64,000 nucleotides of DNA from the human T2T-CHM13v2.0 reference genome, Homo sapiens: the NCBI RefSeq assembly GCF_009914755.1, contig NC_060944.1; one strand, 5' to 3'. The notes below the pieces were generated by a model. The model searched no databases. It was given only the letters and a program-made list of their open reading frames with translations, and was not told the DNA's origin. Position 1 is the first letter of the stretch; every line of letters starts with the position of its first letter. The translations under genes and the position numbers were made by a program. Of this stretch, positions 22,538 to 37,372 are shown one piece after another.

Positions 22538-25239
22538 CCAGCTGAAAAGAACTGGATAGATTAGATAGAAGAAGCTTTGAAGCAGAGGTCAAGTTCAAAG
22601 ACTGTTTCTACAATGATCCTAGTAAGAACCAGGGTATGTCTGTAAACATACATGAGGGATATGAGGAAGAAAGATTGCTGAGAGATAATTCTGGCATGTG
22701 GACAGGAATTTCAGACACCAAAAAGATGGGAGGGCCTTGGATTCCACATAATCTAAGAAATACGCCCTCTGTAGTCCTCAAACATGTTTTGCAAGTGTTT
22801 GGCCATTTTTTCATAAGGGAGTTTTTCTAGTAATTGGAAAATCTATATGAGGAATTGCTTCCAGTTATTCAGCAAGTCATTTGCTCAACAAATGAACACA
22901 TGCAATGTACTGTGTACTGTTGACAGTACAGCACAAGGATCCAGGGATGACTAAGGCTCCTCCCCTACCATAGAAAATCCCAGAGACCAGTAGAGGAGAC
23001 AAGTGCTTGAAACAAATGACAAAAGCTACTGTGTTAAGTAGTGAATCTCCTCTTTTCCTCAGGCCCACTTTGGCCTCTGACAGCACAGGGTTGATGAGTC
23101 AGCCTCTTTTCATGTGAAAACATCTGTCTGGTCCCCCCAAAGACTTCTCTAAACATTCTTCTGATATGAGGTAATTATTTCATATTTGCTGCATTTGTTG
23201 TGAACACTGATAATCTCATGAAGATCTATTAAATGTCAACGTGTTCCTTTCTGATCTACTTAACTAGTTGATGCCATCTTTAGATGTATGTATTGTAGTA
23301 GTAGTTACGGAAGGGACTTGTAATAAACAGATGCAATGATAAATTCAGTAAAAACATAGAGAATCATTTATGTTTCTCAATTATAAGTTAAAAGGCAAAG
23401 CCTTGGTAACTGGATTTTCTTCCATTTGGGGAAACTGTGATGTAATAATCCTTCATTTTTAAGAAATAAAGAGAAATGGGTGGTTTGTTCAGTTCTTGAT
23501 ATAAAGAAGTCAACTTTAAAGCAACATTTTATTAGAACCATAAGTTTTGTTTGAAAAAATTTAAAATCCAGAGTTTATTTTCCTTTGGAGTTGCTGCAGA
23601 GAGTCAACAGGAATCGAGATAATTTTTTTTTCTTGTATTTGTGCTCACTTATTAAACACATATGTGAGCTAGATTCCTTGCATAGGTGCAAAAGGATTTG
23701 GAAGAGGGGGGAAGGTGCAATTTAGTTCATTGACCTGCTTCCCTGCCCTCAGGAGTCTTTCAAACAGCTGTGAGAAAGAGGAAGAGGGGAAAGGAGTAAT
23801 TTTGCACTCATATCCAGATGTTCATTTCAAACGCATCCTGAACAACTTTTGCATGGTTTATTACATTTTCTGAAACCATTTTTCACAAGCCTGTTTTCTC
23901 AGCTGGGAAACTTCTGGTGTAGAATTTTCAAAAAAATATTGCATTTGGCATTATAAGAAAAAAAGAGCTTTTGAGACATTCAAAGAACAATCTGTTGGCC
24001 TTGGTCTGCAGAAGCAGGACTTCAGGAATGTAGGCATTTTGTACCACCCAAAATATAGGTAGACGAAAGATCTATTCTTAACATTTGCTTTACATGGAAG
24101 CTTGAGAGATCCTTTAGCTTGATGATTTCAATGACGTGCTATCTTAGGTTGGCCTGAAATATCACAGAAAAGAAACCTAGCTGGGGACAAACAGGACCAG
24201 TGGAAGAATCCATCTGAACCCAAACCAAACCAGAAGCTTCCACATGGCACTTCAAACACAGTAGTTCAGTTTTGCAGAACTCTGTACTATTCTAGTCCCA
24301 CCCATCTTCTGAGGTAAAGTGGGAAAGAGTGGAAGAAAAATAGTTATGAATGCTAATTAATTTCTTAGAAGCCTATAGGATGCCCTTCCCATGGTTGGTC
24401 CCATCCATTCCCCTTAAGATCCAGGACCTGACAACAGAGGAATTGAGGATCTAGAACAGCCCCTAGTCCCACCGCAGAGTGGACTTGGTCTCCTGGCCAA
24501 TTGCAGGCAATGAAACTCTTCCTTCTTCATCCTTTCTACATGTGGAATCAAACCTAGAAATACCCTTAGGAAGGAGTGGATGACCCAGAAAGATGAGTCC
24601 AAATGGAAAGACTAAGATCTGCTCTTAAAGAAAGGAAATCAAGCTGCAGAGGTCAAGGAAATCAGGAGAAATGATAAAGCAAAGTTTTAATGTGGAAGAA
24701 ATAGAAGATCAGGGGTTTTAGAACCCAAACCAAGTCTTGGATACGTTTCTTAACCTTCCTGACGTTCAGTTTGTCCACTTTTAGAATTGAGCACGCACCT
24801 ACGTCTTTATACCAGAGGGTGTCAAAATGAGAATGGAGTGGTGTGATGTATGAATATACCATAGCATACCATAGGTCCTCAATATTGTTTAGTTCTTCAC
24901 ACCTATTCCCCAACTTAGAGAGGTAGCACAATAACGCTAGACATCCGTATTTCTGTAAATATTTCTGTCGAAGTTCTGTGTGTGTCTCTGAGATATTAAA
25001 GATATTATCCAGTAGGCAGTTGGTTATACTAATGGTGCAGTCAAGAGAGAATCTGATTTGAGGATAGAGATCCAATAGACACAAGCACAGGGGTGATGGC
25101 CGCACACATGAGCATCTATGAGGGCACCCAAGAGACTAAAGGGAGTGAGAGGTAACAAGGACATAAAACAGAGTTCCCAGGACACCAGCCTTGGAGGGAC
25201 AATCCACATAAGAGAACCCTGCAAAGACAAAGGAAAAGA

Positions 25240-26210
25240 ACACTGAACAAAAACAATTAAAGTAGAAATTAATAAGAACAAGGCCAAGAATGCTTCTAAA
25301 AGAAATGAGAGGGAGGATTTTCTAAATTTTAAAATAAATATAACCCAAAATGTAAAATACTGTGGGAAACAATAACAGTTGTCCAAGACCACATATTGCA
25401 CTATGAAATACTGGGAAGTGAAAAAAGAAGTAAAAAAATAAATAAATAAAATGTGCTAAGTTTCTCAACTAAAATAGGACTGAGTCAAAAGCTATTGTTT
25501 CTTTTTGACCTTGATAATTAGAGAAATATTGGATCAAGTACATTATTTTGCAAAATTTAGTAGAAATAAAAAACAGGATGATTCCTCCCAAATTACTGCA
25601 GGAGATTAAAGAAATCAAAGCAGAGTTCATCTAGCTAATGACAGGAAATAGGGGAAATGGTAGGAAAGCATAAAATCCAGAAAACATAAAATAAGATCAT
25701 AGAAGGAAGTGCAAATGTGTCTCTTATGACATTAAATGTAAATTATAATGCCACCCTTTAATATTTAGGAACCATCAGTTCAGGTTAAAAACAAAGATGC
25801 ACCTCTTCAAAGGAACAATTTTTAAAAAGTGTCTCAGAAAGTTTAAACATAATATATCTGGAAAATATGCATCAGGAAAATGTAAATAAGAACAACGGAT
25901 GTGTCAGTGTTAATATCACATAGAGTAGAATCTTGGGTTGAAAAAAAAAGATACAAAACAGTACAAGAGTTCATTTATTTGTAGTTATATATTCTATTAT
26001 GGATAAATAACTATGATATAGTTTGCTGTTTTTAATAACAGATAATTAAATAGATATATAAATTAATCTTTTGGAAATTCAAAGGAAAATGTTTGGGATA
26101 TGTACACACATATGACTCTCAACTACATAGTAAATAGACAAAAATAAATAATAATAGATGAAGTTTTCTTAAGATGATAAGAATATACCAAACATGTATT
26201 ATACCTAGAA
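25240..26210 (+). mobile_element. Ancient L1M fragment (ORF1/ORF2 boundary region)
   Basis: A-rich strand bias and 'gacattaaatgtaaatt...aggaaaatgtaaataagaac...gtgttaatatcacatagagtaga', resembling decayed ORF2 endonuclease DNA. Confidence 0.55.
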
Positions 26211-29200
26211 AATGAGTACTCATCTGGCCAGCTATGTTTCAGATTTTTTTTTCCTCTGTAAATTGCAGGGAACTCTTCCCAGGAGCAACCTCATTTGCTG
26301 GGAGATGTGGTTTCCATAAGGATATGAAACTATTTCAGTATCCTGTCCTGCCATATGGTCACACTTATCTGGTGACATTCTGGACTCAGCACAATAGATG
26401 TGCCCTCACATGCAAGTATACAGCCTTTTCTAGAAAAATTTTAAATTCATTTTCTATGAATAATGTCAAGCTCTTGAGAGACTCATGAATTCTCTAGGTT
26501 CTCATTTTACAAGTCAACTCTTGGAAATATTAGTTTAATCTACTTTACTGAAAACTCTAGGAAAACTGCTCTTCAATTCTCTTTTCTAGTGAACAGCATT
26601 CCAGTCTTAATCCTTACAGACTTTCGGAGGAACTCCCTCACATCACCCACAGTAGAAATAACATGAGAAAGCACACAGTCATCTCTTGCATCCATGTCCT
26701 ATCCATGCTTTTGCATTGCTGACAAGTGACGGGTGGGCTCTGACATCAGGAGATGCAAATGGCTGATGATTCAGACAGTTGTTTGGTAAGTAAACCTGGG
26801 TAAACCCTCAAAATGCAATGTTTATTTTTTCTCCTGACCACAATAATCTGAAAATACCCTCAAATTGTAAGAATCATTATAAAACAGCCTTTTTCTGGCT
26901 CACTACCCACATACCAGAATTGGGATAACTCTACTGAAAACTTGCCTACCCTGATAGGAATGGAATATTTCTGACAAGCTTACACATGTTCACCTCTTTC
27001 TAGCATCACCTTCATTGCTATCATGTCTACTATAATTATCATGCATTGGCAGCCATGAGGAATATTTTGCATATATTATATAAATTAATCTCCCAATAAC
27101 ATTCAAGGCAGATACTATGAAAATTTCCACTTCACTGATGAATAAACTGCCCACTGCCACAGAGTAAGTACACAGCATAGTCCTTATTTTAAAAACTTTT
27201 CATCACAGAAAACATCTTCTCCTCCTTTCTCCAGTGACCCTCTGTGTGAACTCCTACTCAATTTCTAGCTACGTGGGTTCCCTGGTCATTTCAGGGATGT
27301 TTCCTTCTGAAATAGCTTCCGGGTTTATAGGTTCTCCTTATCTCTGTTCTTCAGTGTCTTCAAGTGGTTATATAACTAATGAGGGAACTCACCCCAAATG
27401 CCCTTGTCACATGCTATTGGGAAACATACTTAAAGCAGGGATGTCCAGTGTTGTCCTTGATTACAGAGATTGATGGGAATTTGTTTCACAAGAAGTTGTT
27501 TTCTTACAGTATATTGTTAAAAGCTCCCAGGGCCAGGAGTGGCAAAAATGCCATTTAAATGACTCGCCATGCTTGTTTTATTCAAAATGGCTACCCCTTT
27601 ATCCAGAAAATCACTTTTTTTGGATCAAACATCATTCTTCAGCTCCCTTCCATTCTTTCACTTATTCAGTCATTTATTTCTAACATACTTATTGTGTGTA
27701 TTCTATGAGTCAGGACCTCTTCTGGGTGTTGGGTGAACACCACCACATTATACTAATTAGTGTCTACACTAACAAAGTAGACATCACTGAAGACCTCAGT
27801 GAATTTGGTATTTAGTAAGGAACCAACAGACAAGTTTAAACCTGAAACAGAATAAGATAGTTGCTCTAACAGGGCTATGGGCCAGATAGGGGAGAGAATC
27901 ATCAGATAGGTTGGAAACCCACCCATGAGGCTCCTTGGCTCACGTCCTGCCTGCCTGGCTGACCCTCCAGGCATTCCCGGACATGTCTGAATATTCAGGA
28001 TGTACACATTTTGGGCTCCCATTTTAGGACCCTGTTGGACTTGGAACATTGCCAGTCTCCTCTTGGTTGGCACTGTGGTCTAAAAGAGGGTAGAAAGAGA
28101 GTAAGTTCTACATGTGGCAGAATAGAGGTTTCATCCTCATCCCCTTTCCCTGCTTCCTGGACACAGTGGTTACTTATTTACCCCTTATCTTTTGGAGCTG
28201 GGATCAATGCTAAGCTAGAATTAGAGAACAGTATCACTGGAAAAACAAAACAAAACAAAAAAAAAAAAACAGGAAAAAAGAAGGCTGCAACCCTGTTAGA
28301 ATAAAATACAGGGAAAGTATAGTCTAGGAAGAGGCAAGTGTTAGCTGGTAAACGATTTTTTAGTCTGTTGAGATATGTCAGCGTGAGATTAGTGAAGAAA
28401 GTGCATTTTCCTTCACCACCTTCTCTTAACTATTGGACCAGGGTGACTTAAATCTTCTAAGTGCCTTACCTGGCCTCTAGTCTTCCTGATGCAATAGTCC
28501 TTAGAATGGAAAATGGTGATAACAATAGCTATTTTTTAATTTTATGCTTTATTAAGCACTTATTACGCTCCAGACTATACTAAGCATTTTGCCTGTATTA
28601 TTTCATTATAGCCTCAAAATCACACTGTGGAGAAGGTACTATTAGCATCCCCATTTTATAGGGCAGTGGAGACATAGAAAAGAAAAGCAACTTGCCCAAG
28701 GCCCAATGTGAGTAAAAGGTGAAATGAGAATTTTATTCCAGGCACTTGGAATCTAGAGCTCCACACTCCACTGAACGAATGTATTCTGTATTCTCGATTA
28801 TCTCATTTTACTTTTAAATTTCTGGTAATAAACTATACTATAGTTTTATGCTCCTGTAAGGTATCAACTAAAGTGTTAAATAGAAGCAAGGTATCAAGAT
28901 TGAGGCCTTCCATCATGAGACATTATTGAAGGTGCATCTTCAAAAGTTTTTGCTTTGGGGAAAACTTTAGTAATTACAGTACAAGACAAATAATTTAAAA
29001 CCCCAAAAGCTGTGGATATGTAAGTGTTGAGCTTTATTTCTTGTATTTAGGATGGAGCTTCATTCCAGTGTGAGAATTTATGCCTTGGTGCGCTGACCAC
29101 TCCATAAATCTAAATAAAGCCTCACAATGTTCCATGTACTATGACAGGTGGGGGATGCAGAGAATAGTGAGTAGGAGCATAAAATCTGGAGCAGAAATGG

Positions 29201-29799
29201 CTGCATCTGAATCCTGGTACTACTACTGGGTAAGACTGGGAAACACACTTTCATGTTCCTTGCTGTCAAATGGAGGTAAGATGGCACTTGTAGGGTTGTA
29301 GTGAAGGAGAATTAAGAACAATGTTATCTTCCACAATTATTAGACATAGTTTAATTACCAGGACATAGTGCCTGCTATTAAACTGGACATGAATGTGAAC
29401 AGGTGGATACCCAGATATAGGTGTGAAAAGAGAACAGGGCTTTGACACAGCCAGTGGCCAGATTTAAGGAAAGGTGTCAGAGACAGTGGGGTGTAAAGCT
29501 GAATTCTCAAAGATCCACAGGTGTGTCCCTGATTAGCAAGGCAAAAGGAGGCATTGCTGGTGAAGGGAACAGCCATGAAAATGGAAATGGCAAGAGTGAG
29601 GCCAAGCAGTCAGTCTTAGGGAACTGCAAATTAAGAACTATGCCTGGATTTAGGATTCTAATGGGGGCATTGTTAGAGTTTGAGTCTAGAGAGAAAGGAA
29701 AGCATTTAGATCTCATTAAGGAGTTCAGACTTTATGCTATGGGCGATAGGAATCCATGGAAAATCCTTGTTTCATTTGTTTCTGTTTTTTGTTCACTTC

Positions 29800-30097
29800 T
29801 TCTTCTTTTTTTTTTTTGACAGAATCTCGTTCCTTTGCCCAGGCTGGAGTTCAGTGGTGCTATCTTGGCTCAGTGCAACCTCTGCCTCCCAGGTTCAAGT
29901 GATACTCCTGCCTCAGCCTCTTGAGTAGCTAAGACTACAGGTGCACGCTACCACACCTGGCTAATTTTTGTATTTTCAGTAGAGATGGGGTTTCACCATG
30001 TTGGCCAGGTTGATCTCGAACTTCTGACCTCAAGCGATACACCTGCCTCATCCTCCCAAAGTGCTGGGATTACAGGTGTCAGTCACCATGCCAGGCC
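29800..30097 (-). mobile_element. AluSx-like SINE
   Basis: 'tttttgacagaatctcgttcc...caccatgccaggcc'. TCACTTC flanks both ends. Confidence 0.94.
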
Positions 30098-30689
30098 TCA
30101 CTTCATTGTTTTTTAACTTTTATTTTTTTAAATCAAAAAGAGCTTTTGAAAATTTCCTTCCAAGTAGTGAAATATTGTGTAAACATTAACTTATGGACAA
30201 ATTGCAAGTCATATTTTAAAATTACCTAAAATCCCACAACCCAGAGGAAACACGCACTGACATTTTCCTGAACATCTTAGAACACACATATATGATTTTA
30301 GTGAACTGATTAATAATATTTTATAAAATGCTTATTAATAATATCCTATGGAAACCTTTCCATATCAATAAATAAAGGCCTATATTAGCATTTTAATGAC
30401 TGTAGAGTTCTCTCTTTTATGGAGGTAAAGCAGTTTATTTACCCGATCTTTACTGATTTGAAAAAAAAAAGTTTAATTTCTGAGCAGTAAGCAGTGCTTC
30501 AATAAACAACTGAGAACACAATGCAATAAAACCATAAAATAATGGATGGAATAGATAATATAGCAAATAGTTTGTTGAAAATTAAAAAACAAACAAACAA
30601 AACTCACTTCTTTAACCTGCTGTTGAATGAGAAGAGAAAAGAACATGGCCAGTACCTTAGTAGAGGTTTATTTATTCAAAAATTCAGTA

Positions 30690-31265
30690 CCTCATCTCTT
30701 ATTTATTGAGCATCAAAGATGTGCCTGACCCTGTTCTGATAATGGGGTGCAATGGTAAACAAGTCAGAGAAGATACATTTCTTACAGCTTACATTTTAGC
30801 ACAGGGGGCAGATGATAAACTAATAAAGATGCAAGAACATATTAGGTAGCCATGAGCACTGTGGAGAGAATTAACACAGGGTAGTACAACAGACTAGAGG
30901 ATCACATTTGTTGGGTCACCTGAAAAGACTTCTCTTAGGAACTGCTATTAAGGCTGACAAATGAATGACCAAAGAATCCAGGCAGGTGAAGATCAGGGAA
31001 AAGTGATCTTTTCTATTCAGGGAAGAAGAAGCAGCTACTGCCCAAAGTGAAGGATGTACTTAGCAGGTTCAAGAAAGAGAAAAACAGGGGTCCACTAGTG
31101 TAGCTTGCAAATATTCACCAACAGGAAAGGTGGCATGAGGCACAGGGAAGGTCAGGGAGCATCCTGTGGGCCAGGCAGGTGTTCAGATGTTTCTCTTACT
31201 TACAATGGGAGGCCACTAGAGAGTTTTCACCAGGGCAGCAACTTTATCTAAGATTTTAGAAGTTC
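30690..31265 (-). mobile_element. L2 LINE fragment
   Basis: 'ttattgagcatcaaagatgtgcctgaccctgttctg...caatgggaggccactagagagttttcaccaggg'. Confidence 0.7.
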
Positions 31266-31678
31266 AATTCAGCCTCCAGAAACCACAGATTCCTAAGGGT
31301 AAGTTGCTGTTTTGTTTAGCTCTGCATTCATAAGACCTAGAAAAGTACCTGGCACATAGTAGATATTACTTCAGTGTTAAAAAGAATGAGCAGCCGTTAG
31401 GTAGGGAGTCCAACACAGAGGAAATGAAAGTGGAAGCAGGGATTCATTCATTGATCCAACAATAATTACGAAATATTTAAAGGCATTGTACTAAGTATTG
31501 TGGGTCAATGATAAATGAAACTTAGTCCTTGCCCTCAGAGAGCTTATATTCTAGTTGGTGAAAAGGACCTGAACTGAATACATGGGTGATTATTTATTTC
31601 TATTGTAAGTGAGAACAATATTTCATTCCAAGAAAGGGCATGTCTTATTTTGATACTCCAGACTGTTATCTATTTGCT

Positions 31679-32036
<358 letters not shown>

Positions 32037-32739
32037 TAGCCTCTGTTTAGCTTTTCAAGGAGAAAATCAGGTCTTCCACTGACCAGAACATCTAGAAGGA
32101 AAGGAATATTTAGGAGAAAAGATTATCAGCCAAGATTGGGATATGTTGGCTTCTTGGCACCTTTGGCCCCATGGGTGCAGATGAGCAGTGGAAGCTGGAC
32201 CTTGCAGTGTGGAGCTCAGGCAAGAGAGCTGGAGATGGGAACATAGCCATATGGGGGCCAAGTGTAGACAAGGGAAAATGCAGTGGTGTAAAGTAATTTT
32301 CATTATTTTCCTTCTATGGCCTAGTTAGATTAATTGCTCCTTCAACAGTTCCTACAGAGACCTACGATAGCATTTAAAGAGCAGGTTCTCTGGACTTGGG
32401 CTGCAATGGTGAGCACCAGAGCATTGTCACTTACAATAGAATATTTATGAGCAAGTTGCCCAGCCCCTTGGGGTTTAGTCTCCTCATCAGCAGAATGTGA
32501 ATAACAATAGCACCTACTCTATACAATTGATTACATTCTCTAATATATTTACAGCCCTGAGTAATATTGAAGCCTTAATAAATATCTAATATCTTTATTA
32601 CATTCAGTTGTAATTATTTTATTATAAGGCTGTAATGGCCTACTCTAGACCATCATACATTGTGATCACTTATGTATTATCGATGGCAATCATAGTATTT
32701 TGTAAAAAGTCTGCTTGATAAATATTCTTTGAATTAATA

Positions 32740-32897
32740 TTTTTAAAACACCTTTTTGGAGATATGATTGCACATACAAAGAGCCGTGCATATTTAATGT
32801 ATGCTACTTGATGATTCTGGACATAAGCATACATTCCTGAAACCATTACCGCAACGTATGCCATGAACATATCCATCACCCGCAAAAGTTTCTTCCT
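32740..32897 (-). mobile_element. L1MA/L1MB 3' end fragment
   Basis: 'gagatatgattgcacatacaaagagccgtgcatatttaatgtatgc...aacatatccatcacccgcaaaagtttc'. Confidence 0.75.
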
Positions 32898-35800
32898 GGA
32901 GTCCCAACTTATCTAAAGTATAGGGAAGCCAGGGAACCCCTTAATAACTGAGGATATCATGTACAAGAAAGGGCATAAAAATACGGGTGGCATGCACTCC
33001 TATCATTAAAGTCAGGATCCAATATATCCTTTTAACAGGAGGGTTCAGGTCAAGTTTTGGCAGAGTCAAGTATCATCTGTGGATTCAGGGCTGGGTGAAT
33101 TTCCAATGCCAAGTGTTTAGAAGTGAAGCTCCTGCACCACCTGTATCACAGTCCCGTGGGTCAGATGATGCTGTCTGGAGTTCAGAATCCTCAGTTTCAC
33201 TCCTGATTTACTGATTCACAACTTATTGATAGGGGGTGAGGAAGAGAACAGCCTGCCTAGAACTACCTTAACAGTGGCTCCCTGTATGTGCCATAAAATT
33301 CTAAAAATGGAGGAAATCAAAGAGATTTAAAAAAGCATATTTGAATACTTGCTGATGGAAATTATTTCTGGAGGTCACGACATAGGCTGGGACTGTGAGA
33401 TCCTGGAATCGGTGTTTGTCTTCGTGTAGCAGTGTTTCTTTTTTGAGAGGACATGGGAAGTAGGAAGCAGACAATGTCTCTTGGTGGCAGTCCGAGTTGG
33501 CAGGGAGCCCCTTCTTCTGGGCAAAATTTCTTTGGGGCCTACAGAGCCCTCTTTCAGTCTTGAACAACTCACCCGTGAGATGGGTCCTGTCCGCTATCCC
33601 GTGAGAGACAGCCTGTGATTGTTGTTGGTCTGTGCCAGTTGCAGGGGGTATAATTTAGTTGGATTTCAAAAGAAGAATTTCTTTTTTCTTTTCTATTTTT
33701 TTTTATGTCTTTCTCTCATATCCTAATGGAGTTTCTGCCAAGGCAAACTGGTACAAACCGGCGCCATCAGGAAAGCAGGAGATGGAGCCCAGTTCTCTCG
33801 AACACTTCATACCCAAGTGTATTCTCACTCTAAATCTGTATCCAACACTTAGTCAAGCTTGGATTCCTATAAAAGCCTTGTAAAAAGGAAGTATGGATCA
33901 AAGACACCTTCAACATGTATCATGTTGTGTTCAAAACCTGTGTGGGAGAAGCAAGTTGTAAGCACTAGCTTCTGGTCAGCCCTTCCCCTGAGTCTCCCCA
34001 TGCAGGGCCCTGCTGGGGGCCTTCTACCAAGACATGTCCTCTGAGGGCCTCTGCCACCGTCTCAGCCTTATGTTTCCCTGGGAAAAAGGGCAGGAGCAGC
34101 CCCAGCAGAGGCCCTTTTCCCTGGCAGCACTCTGTGTCAGCAAAGCGTCTCCAGCAAGTATTTCCGTGGGAAGGTCTTCCATCTGGAGCTTGGCAGACAG
34201 AGGAAGTTTCCTTTGAGGTTCTGCCACCCTCTCCCCTCAGCTCTGCATAAGGTGCAGCCCAGAGAGGCCCAGACTGATTTTAGGAAGGGTGCGAGTGTGT
34301 TTCATGGAGTCAGAACTGCTGTCCCTCTTTTCCTCAGTAAGTGGGCAGGGCGCTGAGAAGAAGAATGTTGTTTGTTCTGCCACTACCTCCCATCTCAGTG
34401 TGCAACAGGTCACAAGATGTGACAAGTTCATGTGCTAATTCCTTCCTTTTCAGTTAATAGAATAACACAGATGGGAACACTTAGCCTGGGATCGGACACA
34501 AATTGGAGCAGCCGTGGAAGGAAGATAGAGGTAGCCTGGCCCATTCTCAGCACTTCATTAAACAGAAATGACTTCTAACAGCATTGTTACCCTCAGCTGG
34601 GTATCCCTGAGAAGCTACTCTGACAGGAAGGTATAGGCCTCTGGCATAGGCCCTAGCCTCAATCCACTCATCCCACAAAATGCTCACAACATATTAAAAA
34701 AGTAATAACACTAGACAGCAATTTCACTGCTTCCCAGAGTCGCTGAGCAGCAACGCCCTGACATTAGCTCTAAACCTACTCCATAGCTTGTCTGCAAGAC
34801 GATAAACAGAATACTAAGGAGAATAGGGGAGAGGAGTGTTGAGACAGAAATCGTAGAGCCAAGCACAGACACCACGGGGACTCCTGTCATCCACCTTGGC
34901 CACTGTGCATCTTGAATGTTCAGGTATAGAACTGGTTTCAAATATTTTACCCCTTACCAGATTATGTTCTAGCTTTTCTCAAAGGTGACAGCAAACCTTT
35001 GGTGATCAAATGGCTTTGGAATCAAAGAGACATCTTTAAATCCCAGGCTGCTATTATGATGAGCTATGAGTGAGTACATTATCCAGCTCTTCCTAAGACT
35101 CTAGTTTCTTACCTGTAAAATAAATTAGGACAATACTTTCCTCTTATTTAGTTGTTGAGGATCAAATAAAATGTCTAGAGCAGTGACTAAGACCAAAAAA
35201 TAGTAGCTACAATGTATTGATGTGTATGATATGTGCCAGGCATTGCACCTAACACTTTATAGGCATATTCCTAATTTAACTTTGCTAAAGTGCTCTGAGG
35301 CAATGCTATTATAACCTCCCCCTCCATGTTACAAATGAGGAAAGAGTGCAGTGATAAGATCCCACAACTTGCAAGTTGCGGGGGAAGGGTCTTGAATTGA
35401 AGCCAGGTCTGTCTATCTGTGACTTTAGAGCCTGAGTTCATAAACACATAGTAGGTGCTCAGTAAATGGTATCTGTAATCATTTTCAACATTTTCACCAC
35501 TACATTACCCAAATCATGAGAGACCTCCATGCCTTGCTAGGCAGTTTGTGTATCAGCATTGTAGCGTTGGCTATAAGAAGATGGTAGTAAAATAGGAGAT
35601 GATAGACAACAATTCCTAATTTGGAAATTGTTTTGGAAATTTAAAAAGAGGATGACAGATGCATCTCAGAATTTAGATGAGGTTAGGTCCAAAAAGTATC
35701 TTTGTGAATATGTGTAAATTAATGCCTGCTTTGAACCCCTTCCTCTTTTTTATGAAAACAGGATAACAGCCTCTCCTCCCTCTTGAGAACTTAGCCTTTC

Positions 35801-36130
35801 TCTATTCCATGTGGCTTTGATGAGAATAATTCACATTTTTCCCTTGGCACCAGGTTACAAGTGTGGGCCACCTGTCATGAACCTTGTCTATAGAGATCAG
35901 TACATAACCTGAGCCTATGACCCAAAAGGGCCAATTGAGATCATTCAAGAAGATATCATATGTTGATAATAGAAGAGTTCATTCAGTCAACTCTGTCTCC
36001 TGTCACTGTAAGGCTGAAATAACATAAGTTGAGCTTTTGGTAGCCACTTCTGCTTCTCTCTTTTCAAATAAATGGAGGTATTTTGCAGTCGGAAGGAATT
36101 CAACAAATATAGGGAAAGCCAAGAAATGCA

Positions 36131-36222
36131 GAGAGAAGTAGAGGAGGAAGAAGAGGAGGAGGAAGAGGAGGAAAAAGAAGGGAAAAGAGAAAGAAGGAAA
36201 AAGAAAAAAGGGAGGGTGAGAA
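36131..36222. repeat. Purine-rich (GAG/GAA) low-complexity tract
   Basis: Nearly pure purine run. It explains the poly-E ORF at 36072. Confidence 0.9.
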
Positions 36223-37331
36223 AGCCATTATTTTCTATCTCAGGATCGCCTTGTGTTTAAGATCAGTTCTATTTCTAGATTTCCATGTTGTGTTTTCATA
36301 ATTTTACAGAAAAACTACTAGTTTGCATAGGATACATTGGATTTGTAAGCAAAGAACTAATAACGAGCTTGGTAAGAGGAGTTTTAATAGCCTCGGTATG
36401 ACCAAAATTTTGGGTTATCTTAGACTTTCTCAGTCCCCATTCCCAGAACATTTGACTCTGTCTTTACCAGGGACATCTAGTAGCATATCCCAATTATGTT
36501 TCAATTGGCTCTTTATTTCAGTTGCATGGTGTGATGGAAGGAGAATGGTCTTTGAAAGCAGACAGACATAATTTCAAATACCAGCTTTTCCAGAATGTAA
36601 CTCTATGGATCTTGGACAAATTATTTAAGTTCTCTGAGTCTCCATTTATCATCTCTAAATTGGATGTGGGTACTTGGGTGTGAGAACAGGTAGATGGGCA
36701 AATCAAATGACTTAGGGTTAAAAAAAAGTCCCTGGCATGGTGCCTAGCCCCTAAAGTGTACTCTGAAAAATGTGTGTTGTATTCTATCCAGCTCAACTCC
36801 ACTCTTTCCGTGTGAAGATTACATAGTAATTGAGAATAGGTATGTTAAATCTTTTTGTGATCCTTAGGACCTTTCTGTAATACAGAATAATGATGTTGCT
36901 CTGTATAGCATATGGCCATGCCATGTAAAATGTTGACAAACTCAGCCTCAACTTTTAGAATAAGTTGCACAAATTAACAAAATATGTGAAGTCTTGAATT
37001 TGTTTGCTAAAGGAGCAATTATATTTCATACATAACTGACACTTCACTACTTTCTGTCTTGTAGTAACAGCTTCTAGTAACTCACAGCTCTCACTGTCCC
37101 TATTCCTGGGGTGAGGGAGGTGATGATATCATATATTTTCTGATCTCAGGATACATCTAGCCATGAGGATACCAGGGCAGGTCCCAAGACACTTTACTGG
37201 TAACAGTTCCTCCTTAGCCCTGCTAGCTTTCTTTAAAAAAGGAATCAGTATGTTACTTTTCTGGATTTTTAGGGAATCTTATAGTTGAAGTTGGTTTTGT
37301 GCCATTTTTACTTTCATATCCTCTATAGCAG

Positions 37332-37369
<38 letters not shown>

Positions 37370-37372
37370 TCC
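37332..37372. repeat. (CTCTGT)n/(CT)n microsatellite
   Basis: Directly visible. Confidence 0.9.

Noticed and set aside
33580-33600. REST/NRSE site (CGGACAG on minus strand)
   Set aside because: Only the right half-site matches. The TCAGCACC left half is absent.
35361-35382. 14-bp palindrome CAACTTGCAAGTTG (22 bp with one mismatch), and the 11-bp AT stem at 46857-46882
   Set aside because: Short enough, or low-complexity enough, to be expected by chance in 64 kb.
36072-36260. Acidic/basic poly-E, poly-K ORF
   Set aside because: Translation of a purine-rich low-complexity tract.
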